Shown: piece by piece, positions 9,376 through 19,184 of the stretch
Layout of the letters: every line of letters begins with the position of its first letter
Position numbering within the stretch: position 1 is the first letter of the stretch
NCBI GenBank assembly: GCA_041480755.1
Contig: JBGPAO010000001.1
Location: 1-52,388, forward strand
Direction: 5' to 3'
Length of the DNA: 52,388 bases
Origin: Bacteroidia bacterium
Lineage (GTDB): Bacteria > Bacteroidota > Bacteroidia > Bacteroidales > SM23-62
Translations under genes and position numbers: made by a program
The notes under the pieces: generated by a model
The model's database searches: none
The model's input: the letters and a program-made list of their open reading frames with translations, nothing else
What the model was told of the DNA's origin: nothing

Positions 9376-10353
9376 ATGATAGATTTAACGACCAAATATG
9401 CAGGGCTCACATTGAGAAATCCACTGATTGTAAGCAGCAGCGGCCTTACGGATAATCCTGATAAAATTAAAAAGCTGGAAAAAGCAGGAGCGGGAGCAGT
9501 AGTGCTGAAATCATTGTTCGAAGAACAGATTAAATATGAAGCAATTGATCTGACTGAACATACTGATTATCCGCAGGCTGAAGATTATCTTAATTATTAT
9601 GTAAAGAATAATTCTGTTGAACAGTATCTGAAACTGATTGAAGTAGCAAGAAAATCAGTAAGTATACCTGTAATTGCCAGTATTAATTGTGTTTCAAATA
9701 CTGAATGGATTGATTTTTCGCGGCAAATTGAGAAAGCAGGTGCCCATGCCCTTGAATTGAATGTTTATGTTCTTCCTCTCGAGAAAAACATCGCTGCCCG
9801 GACATATGAAGAAATTTATCTGAAACTGGCAGCCGATATAAGGAAACTAATTAAGATACCCATAATCTTTAAGCTGGGTCAAAATTTTACAAATCCGGTT
9901 AATCTTATTGATCAGCTTTATAACAGGGGAATCTCAGCAGTTGTTTTATTTAACCGTTTTTATTCCCCTGATATAAATATTGACGAACGCAAGGTAGTTT
10001 CATCTGAGGTTTTAAGTACACCTGAGGAAATCAGGAACTCACTAAGATGGGTAGCCATTGCATCTCATTTTGTGGAAAAAATTGATATTGCTGCTTCTAC
10101 CGGTATACACGATGGAAAAGCTGTCATTAAACAGCTGCTTGCCGGTGCTGCAGCTGTCCAGATTTGCTCGATCATATACAGGAAAGGTCTGGGTTGTATA
10201 AGTGAAATGCTCGCTGAGCTGGAGGAATGGATGACTAAAAATGGATTCTCAAGTCCTGATCAGTTCAGGGGAAATATGAATTATGGTAATATTAAGAATC
10301 CGGTTGTTTACGAACGTGCTCAGTTCATGAAGTATTTCTCTTCTCAGCATTAG
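9376..10353 (+). CDS. Dihydroorotate dehydrogenase-like (class-1 PyrD family TIM-barrel flavoprotein)
   Basis: 325-aa ORF. 'L.T.YAGL.LRNPL.VSSSGLT', 'PVIASIN' and 'ALELNVY' are typical of the DHOD-like family found in Bacteroidota and Chlorobi. Confidence 0.75.
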   Translation: MIDLTTKYAGLTLRNPLIVSSSGLTDNPDKIKKLEKAGAGAVVLKSLFEEQIKYEAIDLTEHTDYPQAEDYLNYYVKNNSVEQYLKLIEVARKSVSIPVIASINCVSNTEWIDFSRQIEKAGAHALELNVYVLPLEKNIAARTYEEIYLKLAADIRKLIKIPIIFKLGQNFTNPVNLIDQLYNRGISAVVLFNRFYSPDINIDERKVVSSEVLSTPEEIRNSLRWVAIASHFVEKIDIAASTGIHDGKAVIKQLLAGAAAVQICSIIYRKGLGCISEMLAELEEWMTKNGFSSPDQFRGNMNYGNIKNPVVYERAQFMKYFSSQH

Positions 10354-10362
10354 CACAAAAAA

Positions 10363-10932
10363 TTATCCGAGCATAATTTTAATCATTTCCCGGACAAGGG
10401 GAGCTTTTTCTTTACCGACTTTCTTAAGGCCTTCAGTAAGTTTTTTCCGGTATTCAGTCAGATCTTTGTCTTCAAGCAGGTGAAACGATTGCTCTATAAC
10501 TGAGAATGCTTCCAGCGCAGTTAAATAATCTTCTTCAAGGAGCAATCTGATAAAAATGTCCAGATTATTACTGTAATCAAGTCCCGATTGCCAGCATGCT
10601 GAGGTAATAATAACCCATTCAGGTTTATACTTTTTATTGTTTAGTGCTTCAATAATATGTGGTATTACAGCAGGATCATTTATATCGCTAAGAAACAGGG
10701 ATATTTCCCTCCTGGTATCTTCACTGCTGGTCCCATGAAGCAAGTTTATAATTTCAGGCAGATAGGCTGAAGCATGAACACTCTTACGTAAATGATTCAA
10801 AACAGGAATAACCATTCCTGGCTTGCCTGATCTGAGCCTTCTGATAATCTCGTTATTGAGTTTGCGCTGTTCCATTGTTTTTACTGCCGTCCGGTCCTTT
10901 TCTGCTGTCCATTCATTTACTATCGCTGGCAA
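10363..10932 (-). CDS. Hypothetical protein, HEAT-repeat-like
   Basis: 189-aa ORF, last gene of a tightly packed minus-strand trio. It has helical-repeat-like segments ('AVIPHIIEALNN', 'PEIINLLHG'). The start is ambiguous: 10932 overlaps the upstream gene by 13 nt, and the alternative is ATG at 10875. Confidence 0.5.
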   Translation of the reverse strand: MPAIVNEWTAEKDRTAVKTMEQRKLNNEIIRRLRSGKPGMVIPVLNHLRKSVHASAYLPEIINLLHGTSSEDTRREISLFLSDINDPAVIPHIIEALNNKKYKPEWVIITSACWQSGLDYSNNLDIFIRLLLEEDYLTALEAFSVIEQSFHLLEDKDLTEYRKKLTEGLKKVGKEKAPLVREMIKIMLG

Positions 10933-12122
10933 CGGTCATTCAGCATTTCGACAGCCTTTGAAGAACCCATGCGGGCAGCCTTTTCCCAGTCATTACATGC
11001 ACCTTTTTTATCATTGTACTGAAACCTTGCCAGGCCTCTATTCAGATACGTATCAGGATTTTTCGGATCCAGGTCAAGTGCCATTCCATAATCCTGAATG
11101 GCGAATTTATAGGTATTCGTTTTAAGATATGCATTGCCCCTGGCAGCAAAAAATTCAGCCTTTGACTGGTCGGCTGAGAGGCATTTATTATACCATTCCA
11201 ATGCTTTCAGGTAACTTCCCTGGTCATAATAAATCTGCCCTTTGAAAAACGCTGCCTGAATATCATCAGGGAAAAAAGTTATATAAAAAGTAATGTCATC
11301 CAGAGCCCTGTCAAAATTCGATGAAAGATCATAAAGATGGCTTCTTTCAACATACAGCGGAAAATTATCGGGTTCAAGATTAAGGGCTTTTATCAGGTCG
11401 CTTACTGCAAGGTCATATTTTTGGAGATTTGAATATGCTTTTGACCTGTTAATGTAATATTCAGGCTGCGTTCCGTTGATTTCAATTGCTCTCGTATAAG
11501 CTGTAACTGCTGAATTGAAGTTTTTCATATCCAGGAAAATTTTCCCGCGTGCTGCATTGATCTGGTGCCGTTGTGCATATTTTGACAGATTTTGATCAAT
11601 AAGGTCAAATGTTTCAATATATTCTTTTTCACCAGTCATGTAATTTATTTCTGCAAGAAGACTCTCGTACTCGTCATACCATTCCTTGCGCCATAAATCT
11701 CTCCAGGCACTTGTATTTTCAATTTTTATGAAATCAGGGTCAAGTTTAATTGTGCTTTCGGCTATTTTGTAATCAGATGATAAATTAGCCTTTAAAAAGA
11801 CTAATGCTGAATCATTCTCACCCGCCATGGCATATGATTTAGCCAGCCAGAAGCTGGCAGCATTTTTTTTCTTATTCTCAGCAAGAAGGAAATAATGAAT
11901 GGCTGAATGATAGTCCCGGACCTGATAATGGCACTGGCCAAGATTCATCAGAAGATCAGCACTGCCATTGCCTGATACTAACTCCGAAGTGAAAATTCCT
12001 ATGGCATCACTGTAACGCCCCTTATCCATTTCAGCTCTTCCGTAAAGGAATGGATCCTTAACCTGGGAAAACAAAGCTGACGAAAGGGAGCAAACAAATA
12101 ATATGGTATAAAAAAGTCTCAT
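10920..12122 (-). CDS. Secreted TPR-repeat protein
   Basis: The track ORF extends to 12326, but the plausible start is ATG at 12120-12122. That start gives the signal peptide MRLFYTILFVCSLSSALFSQ and lies 4 nt downstream of the upstream gene's stop. Multiple TPR units are present, and the C-terminal GAC-N-DW...C motif matches the ORF at 104-1156. Confidence 0.8.
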   Translation of the reverse strand: MRLFYTILFVCSLSSALFSQVKDPFLYGRAEMDKGRYSDAIGIFTSELVSGNGSADLLMNLGQCHYQVRDYHSAIHYFLLAENKKKNAASFWLAKSYAMAGENDSALVFLKANLSSDYKIAESTIKLDPDFIKIENTSAWRDLWRKEWYDEYESLLAEINYMTGEKEYIETFDLIDQNLSKYAQRHQINAARGKIFLDMKNFNSAVTAYTRAIEINGTQPEYYINRSKAYSNLQKYDLAVSDLIKALNLEPDNFPLYVERSHLYDLSSNFDRALDDITFYITFFPDDIQAAFFKGQIYYDQGSYLKALEWYNKCLSADQSKAEFFAARGNAYLKTNTYKFAIQDYGMALDLDPKNPDTYLNRGLARFQYNDKKGACNDWEKAARMGSSKAVEMLNDRCQR

Positions 12123-12126
12123 ATCC

Positions 12127-14760
12127 TTATTGGTCAATAGCCGGATTCTTGGCACCACGTTCGGTAAATACATAAACAAATCCGACAATATTTCTGACTT
12201 CAAGGCCGGTAAGCCTGTTCTCATAAACATCAGCAATGTAATAATAAACCCCGGGGGAAACGATATTGTTAGAATTATTCTGTTTTCCATCCCAGTTAAT
12301 ATCCGGATCATCAGTCTGGAAAACAAGGATTCCCCAGCGACTATATACCTTCATGTCAACCTTTTCCACAAATGAATGCCTTGTTGGCTTCCAGTAATCA
12401 TTATCCCCGTCTCCGTTCGGAGTAAATACATTGGGCAGTTCATAAGCTACACAATTATCCACACAAACGCGTTCTGAATACTCGCTTTCATTTGCAAAAG
12501 AATCAACTGCAGTAACAGCATAACAGCCGGCAAGCGATTCAGGGGGATAATGCAAAAATACCGTATCAGAAGGAGACAGAGTGCTATCAATCAGGTGTGG
12601 ATTTTCAGACAGCGTCGGCGAATAATAAATCCTGTACTTAATAACATCTTCTGCGCAATATGGATTTGGTATTGTCCATATTAATTCATTATACATACTG
12701 TCACAAAATGAAGTCACAGTCAATTGAGGGGGGCAGGGTGGTGTCCTGTCGATTGGAGTGGCGCATGCTATATGGGAATAATTAATACTCTTATAAATTT
12801 TCCCCTCTATAGGCCTCCATCCGTTACTTTTAACCTGGTAACAGTATTCCTGCCCATTCATAAGGCCTGAATCAACATACGTCTCATTAAATGTGATTCC
12901 AATTGAATCATATTCAACAGAATTTATCCTTTGCCTGTAAATCACATATTCAGTATTGATCCATGGAACATTCTTTCTAATATTGATTATGTTCCTGTTG
13001 TCCATTGCTGTTATTTCCAGGTATGTGGATGAAACAATTTCCTGACTGCCAATCAGGAAGCGGTTATCGGGCGGATCGTCATTATATAATTCGAGTTTGT
13101 ATGAATAGGGGTAGATAAGCGTATTCAATGGTGAATCAGTGTAAGTGGTATCATTCAGGTCACTGGTTTTAATCGATTGCTGTCCGATCAGATTTGTTCC
13201 CCATAAATCATCATATCTGTAAAGTATATATTCATATGGGCCGGTTGCTCCGATTGTATCCAGTCCCTGTGGTTTTGCCCATGCAAGGAATATAGCACCA
13301 TCCTGGGATGATTGGATAACGCTGGCATTTATCATTGCAGGAGTGCCGGGGATGAGAATAGCACATGCTTCTTCAGTTGGATAACCGGGTGTTGAGCCGG
13401 AATATATTCCAACCACCCTGTAGCAGTATTCTATTCCCTGGATAAGACCGTTCCCGTTATTATTATCTGTGAACAGCGTATCGTTTCTTCCGTTTGTTTC
13501 CCCAATCTTAAGGAAGCCGGCAGATGCAGGAACTCCTGCATCACATGAATCACCTACATAGTCTGATGGGCCTTCACGCCGGTAAATTTCATAACCTGTT
13601 ACGTTCTGGCAATTGCACGAATGCCAGCTCAGCCTGACTGAATTACTGGTGGGATTTGCCTGCAAAGCTTCAGGAGCAGGGCCGACAACCTTAATAAAGA
13701 AATTATCAATATCAACAAGGCTTATTTCAGGATTTTTATCTTCAGCCTTAATAATGACGGTATAGGGATAATATCTGACATGCCCGCAATTTGTGTTCCA
13801 TGCAAACCTGGATACTGAATAACCGTTTCCACTGGTTAACAATTCAAAGGTTGCCGGAGAGATCTCCTGCTCAAAAGGACCGCCTTTTGCTGTCTGAACT
13901 ATCTTATCACTGTCGCTGTCAAGACTGATAATGTCATATAATACAGTATCACCGGCTTCAACGCAAAAATCCCGGAAGGGGGAGTTTTCCGGCGGATTAT
14001 TAGATGTTCTGTATACCTGGATCTGCATATCACGATTTATGCTCCCGATCCTCACTTTTTTTCTCCATTCAATAATCTTAATGGCAATATTATAAATACC
14101 TGTATCAACGGGTGTATCCCATGTGAGATCACCGCTGACACTGTCAATAAAAAGTACATTGCTGGCCCGCGGCAAAGTATATCCTTCAATGGGTTGACCG
14201 TTTTCCCCGGTGCATGTGGTTAATTCATAGGATAAACTATCCCCGTCAGGATCATAAGCTGCAGGATTGTGGATAAATATATGCCCCAGTGCTGCTTTGT
14301 CGATCGGCGGATTCAGTAAAACTGGAGTGCTGTTCTTACCGATTGATGGATTTATTGTAATAGTAGTCTTTATAGAAAAAATTACATTTACAGAATTAGG
14401 GATATTCTGCACACCAAAATTCCTGTTCGGATCCTGAACCACAATGGTATATGTGCCCGGACCGGGAAAAGTATGTAAAGTCTTGTATGTATTATGATAA
14501 TAAAAATTTGGTAAAGTTACTTTTTGAATCCTTGGCGCGACGGAGACAGTATTATCACCCCATTGTACTTCGAGTTCACTGCGATCTGCCTGAGATAAGG
14601 TATATGTGAATGTGGCAATTGTAATCTGGTACGTATAATCGCTTATCTGGGTTAAAGTAATCTCACCAGCGCGATTATGCGTCGCCATTACCGGTAATAA
14701 TAAACCAGATAATAAAACTGATGTAAAAATTCTTTTTATATAATTCCCGGCTGTTATCAT
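12127..14760 (-). CDS. T9SS type-B (gliding-motility-associated) C-terminal-domain cargo protein with Ig/FN3-like repeats
   Basis: About 877 aa counted from ATG at 14758-14760; the track start at 14772 is TTG. It has a signal peptide. The C-terminal motif 'YELPNVFTPNGDGDNDYWKP...VYSRWGILVF...INWDGK...SPGVYYYI' is characteristic of the type-B T9SS sorting domain. The body is beta-rich and repetitive. Confidence 0.85.
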   Translation of the reverse strand: MITAGNYIKRIFTSVLLSGLLLPVMATHNRAGEITLTQISDYTYQITIATFTYTLSQADRSELEVQWGDNTVSVAPRIQKVTLPNFYYHNTYKTLHTFPGPGTYTIVVQDPNRNFGVQNIPNSVNVIFSIKTTITINPSIGKNSTPVLLNPPIDKAALGHIFIHNPAAYDPDGDSLSYELTTCTGENGQPIEGYTLPRASNVLFIDSVSGDLTWDTPVDTGIYNIAIKIIEWRKKVRIGSINRDMQIQVYRTSNNPPENSPFRDFCVEAGDTVLYDIISLDSDSDKIVQTAKGGPFEQEISPATFELLTSGNGYSVSRFAWNTNCGHVRYYPYTVIIKAEDKNPEISLVDIDNFFIKVVGPAPEALQANPTSNSVRLSWHSCNCQNVTGYEIYRREGPSDYVGDSCDAGVPASAGFLKIGETNGRNDTLFTDNNNGNGLIQGIEYCYRVVGIYSGSTPGYPTEEACAILIPGTPAMINASVIQSSQDGAIFLAWAKPQGLDTIGATGPYEYILYRYDDLWGTNLIGQQSIKTSDLNDTTYTDSPLNTLIYPYSYKLELYNDDPPDNRFLIGSQEIVSSTYLEITAMDNRNIINIRKNVPWINTEYVIYRQRINSVEYDSIGITFNETYVDSGLMNGQEYCYQVKSNGWRPIEGKIYKSINYSHIACATPIDRTPPCPPQLTVTSFCDSMYNELIWTIPNPYCAEDVIKYRIYYSPTLSENPHLIDSTLSPSDTVFLHYPPESLAGCYAVTAVDSFANESEYSERVCVDNCVAYELPNVFTPNGDGDNDYWKPTRHSFVEKVDMKVYSRWGILVFQTDDPDINWDGKQNNSNNIVSPGVYYYIADVYENRLTGLEVRNIVGFVYVFTERGAKNPAIDQ

Positions 14761-14831
14761 GTTTCTATTCAAGAAGCTATGATATAATTTATAATAGAAG
14801 CTGCTTCCGGTTCAGATCTGATTTCCTTCAT

Positions 14832-15323
14832 CTATTGAAGTATTAGCGTAATATCCCGGTTTTTATTGTTCAGACAATATCCGTTTTGCGTGTCAGACCA
14901 GCTGACAATAACCATGTTGGTTTGATCCTCATAGAAATCCATCGCCACTCCATCGGTGATGGAGACTTCCTGCATTTTCCCCGGCCAGATATTTTTATAA
15001 TTTAACCAGATTGCTTCTTCATTCATCTGGCAGCCGGCATATTCCCAATTGTCAATTTTCGTGCCATTTATACGCAATTCAAATGACTCAGCAATATATT
15101 TATGAATAGTTTCTGCTTTCTCGCCAGGATCAACCTTACTGGTTATGTCCAGGTCAACATTATATTTATCCATTATAATGCGTTCAAAGTCGTCCGAAAA
15201 CAGTTTGAAAACGATCTCAATTTTACCTGTTTCCGGAAAGAGGTCAACATTGAGAAGGGAAACATGAACAGGATGCAACCATGAAAATAATGTTATAACG
15301 ACCGCTAGCGCCATTGTCCCCAT
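14832..15323 (-). CDS. Hypothetical protein, DUF6702-like
   Basis: 'HPVHVSLLNVDLFPETGKIEIVFKLFSDDFE' resembles the N-terminal signature I recall for DUF6702 (H-x-x-YVS...F-x-DD-x-E). The track start at 15356 is TTG. In-frame ATGs at 15323 and 15314 give a hydrophobic N-terminus. Confidence 0.5.
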   Translation of the reverse strand: MGTMALAVVITLFSWLHPVHVSLLNVDLFPETGKIEIVFKLFSDDFERIIMDKYNVDLDITSKVDPGEKAETIHKYIAESFELRINGTKIDNWEYAGCQMNEEAIWLNYKNIWPGKMQEVSITDGVAMDFYEDQTNMVIVSWSDTQNGYCLNNKNRDITLILQ

Positions 15324-15388
15324 CAGAGATCTCCTCCACCTTGGTTGAACATACAAAATTACAATATTTTTAGTTTCTTTGTTTCATT

Positions 15389-16291
15389 GTGATAGACTGG
15401 AAAGAACATATATCAGGTTTCAAAACCTTCCTGAAGCTGGAAAAATCCTTATCAGAGAATTCAATAGAGGCATATATCAATGATGTATTGAAACTCTGTA
15501 CCTTCATTGAGATGAGGAATTTAAACCTTCCGCCCGCGAGCATTGAACTGTCACATTTAAAGGAATTTATACAGTGGTTTAATGAACTGGGATTGAGCGC
15601 AAGATCCCAGGCAAGAGTAATATCCGGGATCAGGGCTTTTTACAAATATCTCCTTCTTGAGGATATTATTGAGTCAGATCCCACAACACTGCTGGATTCC
15701 CCTAGAATAGGAAGGAAGCTCCCCGAAGTCCTTAGCGTGGAAGAGATAGATCTTTTGATAAGTCAGATTGATCTTAGTAAATCTGAAGGACAAAGAAACA
15801 AGGCAATTATCGAAGTTCTTTACAGCTGTGGACTGAGGGTTTCGGAACTTATAGGGTTGAAATTGTCAAATGTATACTATGACCAGGGTTTCATAAGGGT
15901 TATCGGAAAAGGAAATAAAGAAAGGCTTGTGCCGATCGGATCAAAAGCTATTCATGAGATTGAATTTTACTTTGCAGACAGGAATAAACTACCCGCAATT
16001 GCAAGGGAAAGCGAGGATATACTTTTTCTGAACAGGAGGGGACACAAACTGACACGTGTCATGATCTTTACAATAGTCAGAGACCTTGTTAAAAAATCAG
16101 GAATTAAAAAGAAAATCAGTCCACACACCTTCCGCCATTCCTTTGCCACTCATCTGATCGACGGAGGGGCTGATCTGAGGGCTGTACAGGAAATGCTGGG
16201 CCACGAATCCATCCTGACAACAGAAATTTACACCCATCTTGACCGGCAATATCTGCGGGATGCTATCATACGTTTCCATCCAAGGTCATAA
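15389..16291 (+). CDS. xerD: Site-specific tyrosine recombinase XerD
   Basis: 300-aa ORF with a GTG start. It has an N-terminal SAM-like domain, and the catalytic residues sit in 'LYSCGLRVSEL', 'HTFRHSFATHL...GADLRAVQEMLGH' and 'TEIYTH'. Confidence 0.85.
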   Translation: MIDWKEHISGFKTFLKLEKSLSENSIEAYINDVLKLCTFIEMRNLNLPPASIELSHLKEFIQWFNELGLSARSQARVISGIRAFYKYLLLEDIIESDPTTLLDSPRIGRKLPEVLSVEEIDLLISQIDLSKSEGQRNKAIIEVLYSCGLRVSELIGLKLSNVYYDQGFIRVIGKGNKERLVPIGSKAIHEIEFYFADRNKLPAIARESEDILFLNRRGHKLTRVMIFTIVRDLVKKSGIKKKISPHTFRHSFATHLIDGGADLRAVQEMLGHESILTTEIYTHLDRQYLRDAIIRFHPRS

Positions 16292-16317
16292 TTAAGAGCT
16301 AATTAATTTTTTTTAAA

Positions 16318-16325
16318 TACATTTG
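16318..16325 (+). promoter_or_regulatory. Candidate Bacteroidota -7 promoter box TACATTTG (TAnnTTTG) upstream of ppdK
   Basis: Exact match to the TAnnTTTG consensus, 47 nt upstream of the ppdK ATG. No clear -33 TTTG was seen. Confidence 0.35.
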
Positions 16326-16371
16326 TAGCTTCAAAAAAAAGTTAAAACAATAATATATAAACATTACTGAA

Positions 16372-19101
16372 ATGTCTGAATCAAAAAGAGTTTACAAATT
16401 CGGGAACAAGGCGGCTGAAGGCAAAGCTGATATGAAAAACCTGCTGGGTGGTAAAGGCGCGAACCTGGCTGAAATGAACCGCATTGGAGTGCCTGTTCCT
16501 CCTGGTTTTACGATTACAACAGAGGTCTGTACTGAATACAACCAGTTTGGCAAAGATAAAGTTATCAAATTAATAGCAGATGATGTTAAGGATGGTATCA
16601 CGAACATTGAAAAAATTATGAATTCAAAGTTCGGTGACAGCAAAAATCCATGCCTTGTTTCTGTCAGATCCGGAGCCCGGGCTTCCATGCCGGGAATGAT
16701 GGATACTATTCTGAATCTTGGTCTTAATGAGGAGGTAGTTGCCGGACTTGTCAAAAAGACCGGAAATGAACGTTTTGTATGGGATTCATATCGCCGTTTT
16801 ATTCAGATGTATGGTGATGTTGTGCTGGGTCTGAAACCGGCATCAAAAGAAGATGTTGATCCTTTCGAAGAAATTATAGATCATCTCAAGGAAGAAAAAA
16901 AAGTCGTTAATGATACTGATCTTGGAGTTGATGACCTGAAAGAGCTTGTTACACGTTTCAGGAAAGCCGTAAAAGGAAAGACAGGCAGGGACTTTCCTAA
17001 TGATCCATGGGAACAGCTCTGGGGTGCAATAATGGCAGTTTTCGACAGCTGGAATAATGACCGGGCCAATTTTTACAGGAAACTAAACAACATACCAGAG
17101 GAATGGGGCACTGCAGTTAATGTTCAGGCCATGGTATTCGGCAATATGGGCAATACATCCGGAACAGGCGTGGCGTTTACAAGAGATGCAGGTACCGGGG
17201 AAAACTTATTTAATGGTGAATATCTTCTCAATGCTCAGGGAGAGGATGTGGTTGCAGGTATCCGTACTCCCCAGCAGATCACCAAAGAAGGTTCTAAAAG
17301 ATGGGCTGTTCTTGCTAACGTTACTGAAGAAGAACGGAAAAGAAAATACCCGAGCCTGGAAGAAAATATGCCAGAAATTTATAAAGAGCTGGATGACATA
17401 CAGCAAAAACTGGAGGATCATTACAAAGATATGCAGGACCTGGAATTTACTATCCAGGAGGGTAAACTATGGCTTCTGCAGACCCGCAACGGGAAAAGAA
17501 CCGGGGCTGCAATGGTTAAGATATCAATGGATCTGGTGAGAGAAGGCAAGATCGATGAAAAAACTGCACTCCTTCGTAACGAACCGAATAAACTGGATGA
17601 ACTTCTGCATCCTGTTTTTGACAAAAATGCAATAAAGGAAGCCAAAGTACTTGCCAAAGGTTTGCCGGCCTCACCCGGAGCCGCAACCGGACAAATTGTA
17701 TTTTTTGCAGATGATGCAGAGGAATGGGCTGCAAAAGGTAAAAAGGTAGTTCTGGTGAGGATCGAAACATCACCTGAAGATCTCAGGGGAATGAATGTTG
17801 CCAGGGGGATATTGACTGCCAGGGGAGGTATGACATCTCATGCAGCTGTGGTTGCACGCGGAATGGGAAAATGCTGCGTATCAGGTGCTGGCTCTGTCAG
17901 GATAGATTATAAAACAAGGATAATGAATACTAGCGGAATATCTGTCAAGGAAGGTGATTGGATTTCGCTCAACGGAACAACCGGAGAAGTATATGCTGGC
18001 CAGATAGCCACTGTTGATCCTGACATGAGCGGAGACTTTGGTCAACTTATGGAACTGGCGGATAAATACACCCGTATGTATGTCAGGACAAATGCAGATA
18101 CACCTAAAGATGCGCGCGTCGCGAAAAATTTTGGTGCAAAAGGAATCGGGCTTTGCCGGACAGAACATATGTTCTTCGAAGGCGACCGTATTAAAGCTAT
18201 GAGGGAAATGATCCTGGCTGAAAATGAAACTGGCAGAAGAAAAGCACTGAAAAAGTTGCTTCCCATCCAGAGAGAGGATTTTGAAGGCATATTCGAAGCA
18301 ATGCATGATTTGCCGGTAACAGTCCGACTTCTGGATCCACCGTTACATGAATTTGTCCCACACGAAGAAGAAAACCAGCAGGAAATGGCTAAAGAAATGG
18401 GTATTACCAAGGAACAGATAAAGGCCAAAGTAGAGGATCTCCATGAATTCAACCCAATGCTTGGACACAGGGGCTGCCGGCTTGGTAACACTTATCCTGA
18501 AATATCCGAAATGCAGGCCAGAGCAATTATTGAGGCTGCGCTTAAACTAAAAAAGAAAGGTGTAAGAGCCATTCCTGAAATTATGGTTCCCCTGACAGGT
18601 TCACTCAAGGAATTTCAGATCCAGGAAGAAATAATCAGAGAGACAGCCGAAAAGGTGTTTGAGGAAATGAAAGACAGAATCGAATACCTTGTCGGTACAA
18701 TGATAGAAGTACCAAGAGCTGCACTGGTTGCTGATAAAATTGCTGAAAAAGCAGAATTCTTCTCATTTGGTACAAATGACCTTACGCAGATGACCTTCGG
18801 CTATTCAAGGGATGATTCCGGCAAATTCCTGCCTGTTTATATCGATAAAGGGATCCTGAAATACGATCCTTTCCAGATTCTTGACCAGGAAGGTGTAGGA
18901 CAGCTTGTTGAGCTTGGAACAAAAAGAGGAAGGACTACAAGACCAAAACTTAAAGTCGGTATCTGCGGTGAGCATGGAGGAGAACCATCATCTGTTGAAT
19001 TCTGTCACAGGGTGGGAATGGATTATGTAAGCTGTTCCCCATACAGGGTGCCAATAGCCAGACTGGCTGCAGCACAGGCAGCTATTAAGGATAAAAAATA
19101 A
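16372..19101 (+). CDS. ppdK: Pyruvate, phosphate dikinase
   Basis: 909-aa ORF with 'LLGGKGANLAEM', the catalytic-His region 'GGMTSHAAVVARGMG', and the C-terminal PEP-utilising TIM barrel segments 'GLCRTEHMF' and 'FSFGTNDLTQ'. Confidence 0.97.
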   Translation: MSESKRVYKFGNKAAEGKADMKNLLGGKGANLAEMNRIGVPVPPGFTITTEVCTEYNQFGKDKVIKLIADDVKDGITNIEKIMNSKFGDSKNPCLVSVRSGARASMPGMMDTILNLGLNEEVVAGLVKKTGNERFVWDSYRRFIQMYGDVVLGLKPASKEDVDPFEEIIDHLKEEKKVVNDTDLGVDDLKELVTRFRKAVKGKTGRDFPNDPWEQLWGAIMAVFDSWNNDRANFYRKLNNIPEEWGTAVNVQAMVFGNMGNTSGTGVAFTRDAGTGENLFNGEYLLNAQGEDVVAGIRTPQQITKEGSKRWAVLANVTEEERKRKYPSLEENMPEIYKELDDIQQKLEDHYKDMQDLEFTIQEGKLWLLQTRNGKRTGAAMVKISMDLVREGKIDEKTALLRNEPNKLDELLHPVFDKNAIKEAKVLAKGLPASPGAATGQIVFFADDAEEWAAKGKKVVLVRIETSPEDLRGMNVARGILTARGGMTSHAAVVARGMGKCCVSGAGSVRIDYKTRIMNTSGISVKEGDWISLNGTTGEVYAGQIATVDPDMSGDFGQLMELADKYTRMYVRTNADTPKDARVAKNFGAKGIGLCRTEHMFFEGDRIKAMREMILAENETGRRKALKKLLPIQREDFEGIFEAMHDLPVTVRLLDPPLHEFVPHEEENQQEMAKEMGITKEQIKAKVEDLHEFNPMLGHRGCRLGNTYPEISEMQARAIIEAALKLKKKGVRAIPEIMVPLTGSLKEFQIQEEIIRETAEKVFEEMKDRIEYLVGTMIEVPRAALVADKIAEKAEFFSFGTNDLTQMTFGYSRDDSGKFLPVYIDKGILKYDPFQILDQEGVGQLVELGTKRGRTTRPKLKVGICGEHGGEPSSVEFCHRVGMDYVSCSPYRVPIARLAAAQAAIKDKK

Positions 19102-19184
19102 AGGTTCCCGGGTTTTGTTTATTAATGTTTATAATTAGCCTCATATCAGGTTTATTGGAATTTCCGAATAATAATTGCATATAA

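Noticed and set aside
12728-12733. Short homopolymer runs (G6-G7) inside the T9SS cargo gene and tpiA (25224-25230) as slipped-strand phase-variation tracts
   Set aside because: Runs of 6-7 nt are short, and they encode Pro-Pro or Gly-Gly within conserved sequence. One is in the essential tpiA gene. There is no evidence of length heterogeneity.
15389-16291. A tyrosine recombinase that might mark an integrated mobile element or genomic island
   Set aside because: The sequence looks like the housekeeping XerD (SAM-like N-domain, canonical R..HxxR..Y catalytic set). It is flanked by core metabolism genes (ppdK, pckA) and by no tRNA, direct repeats, transposase or phage genes.
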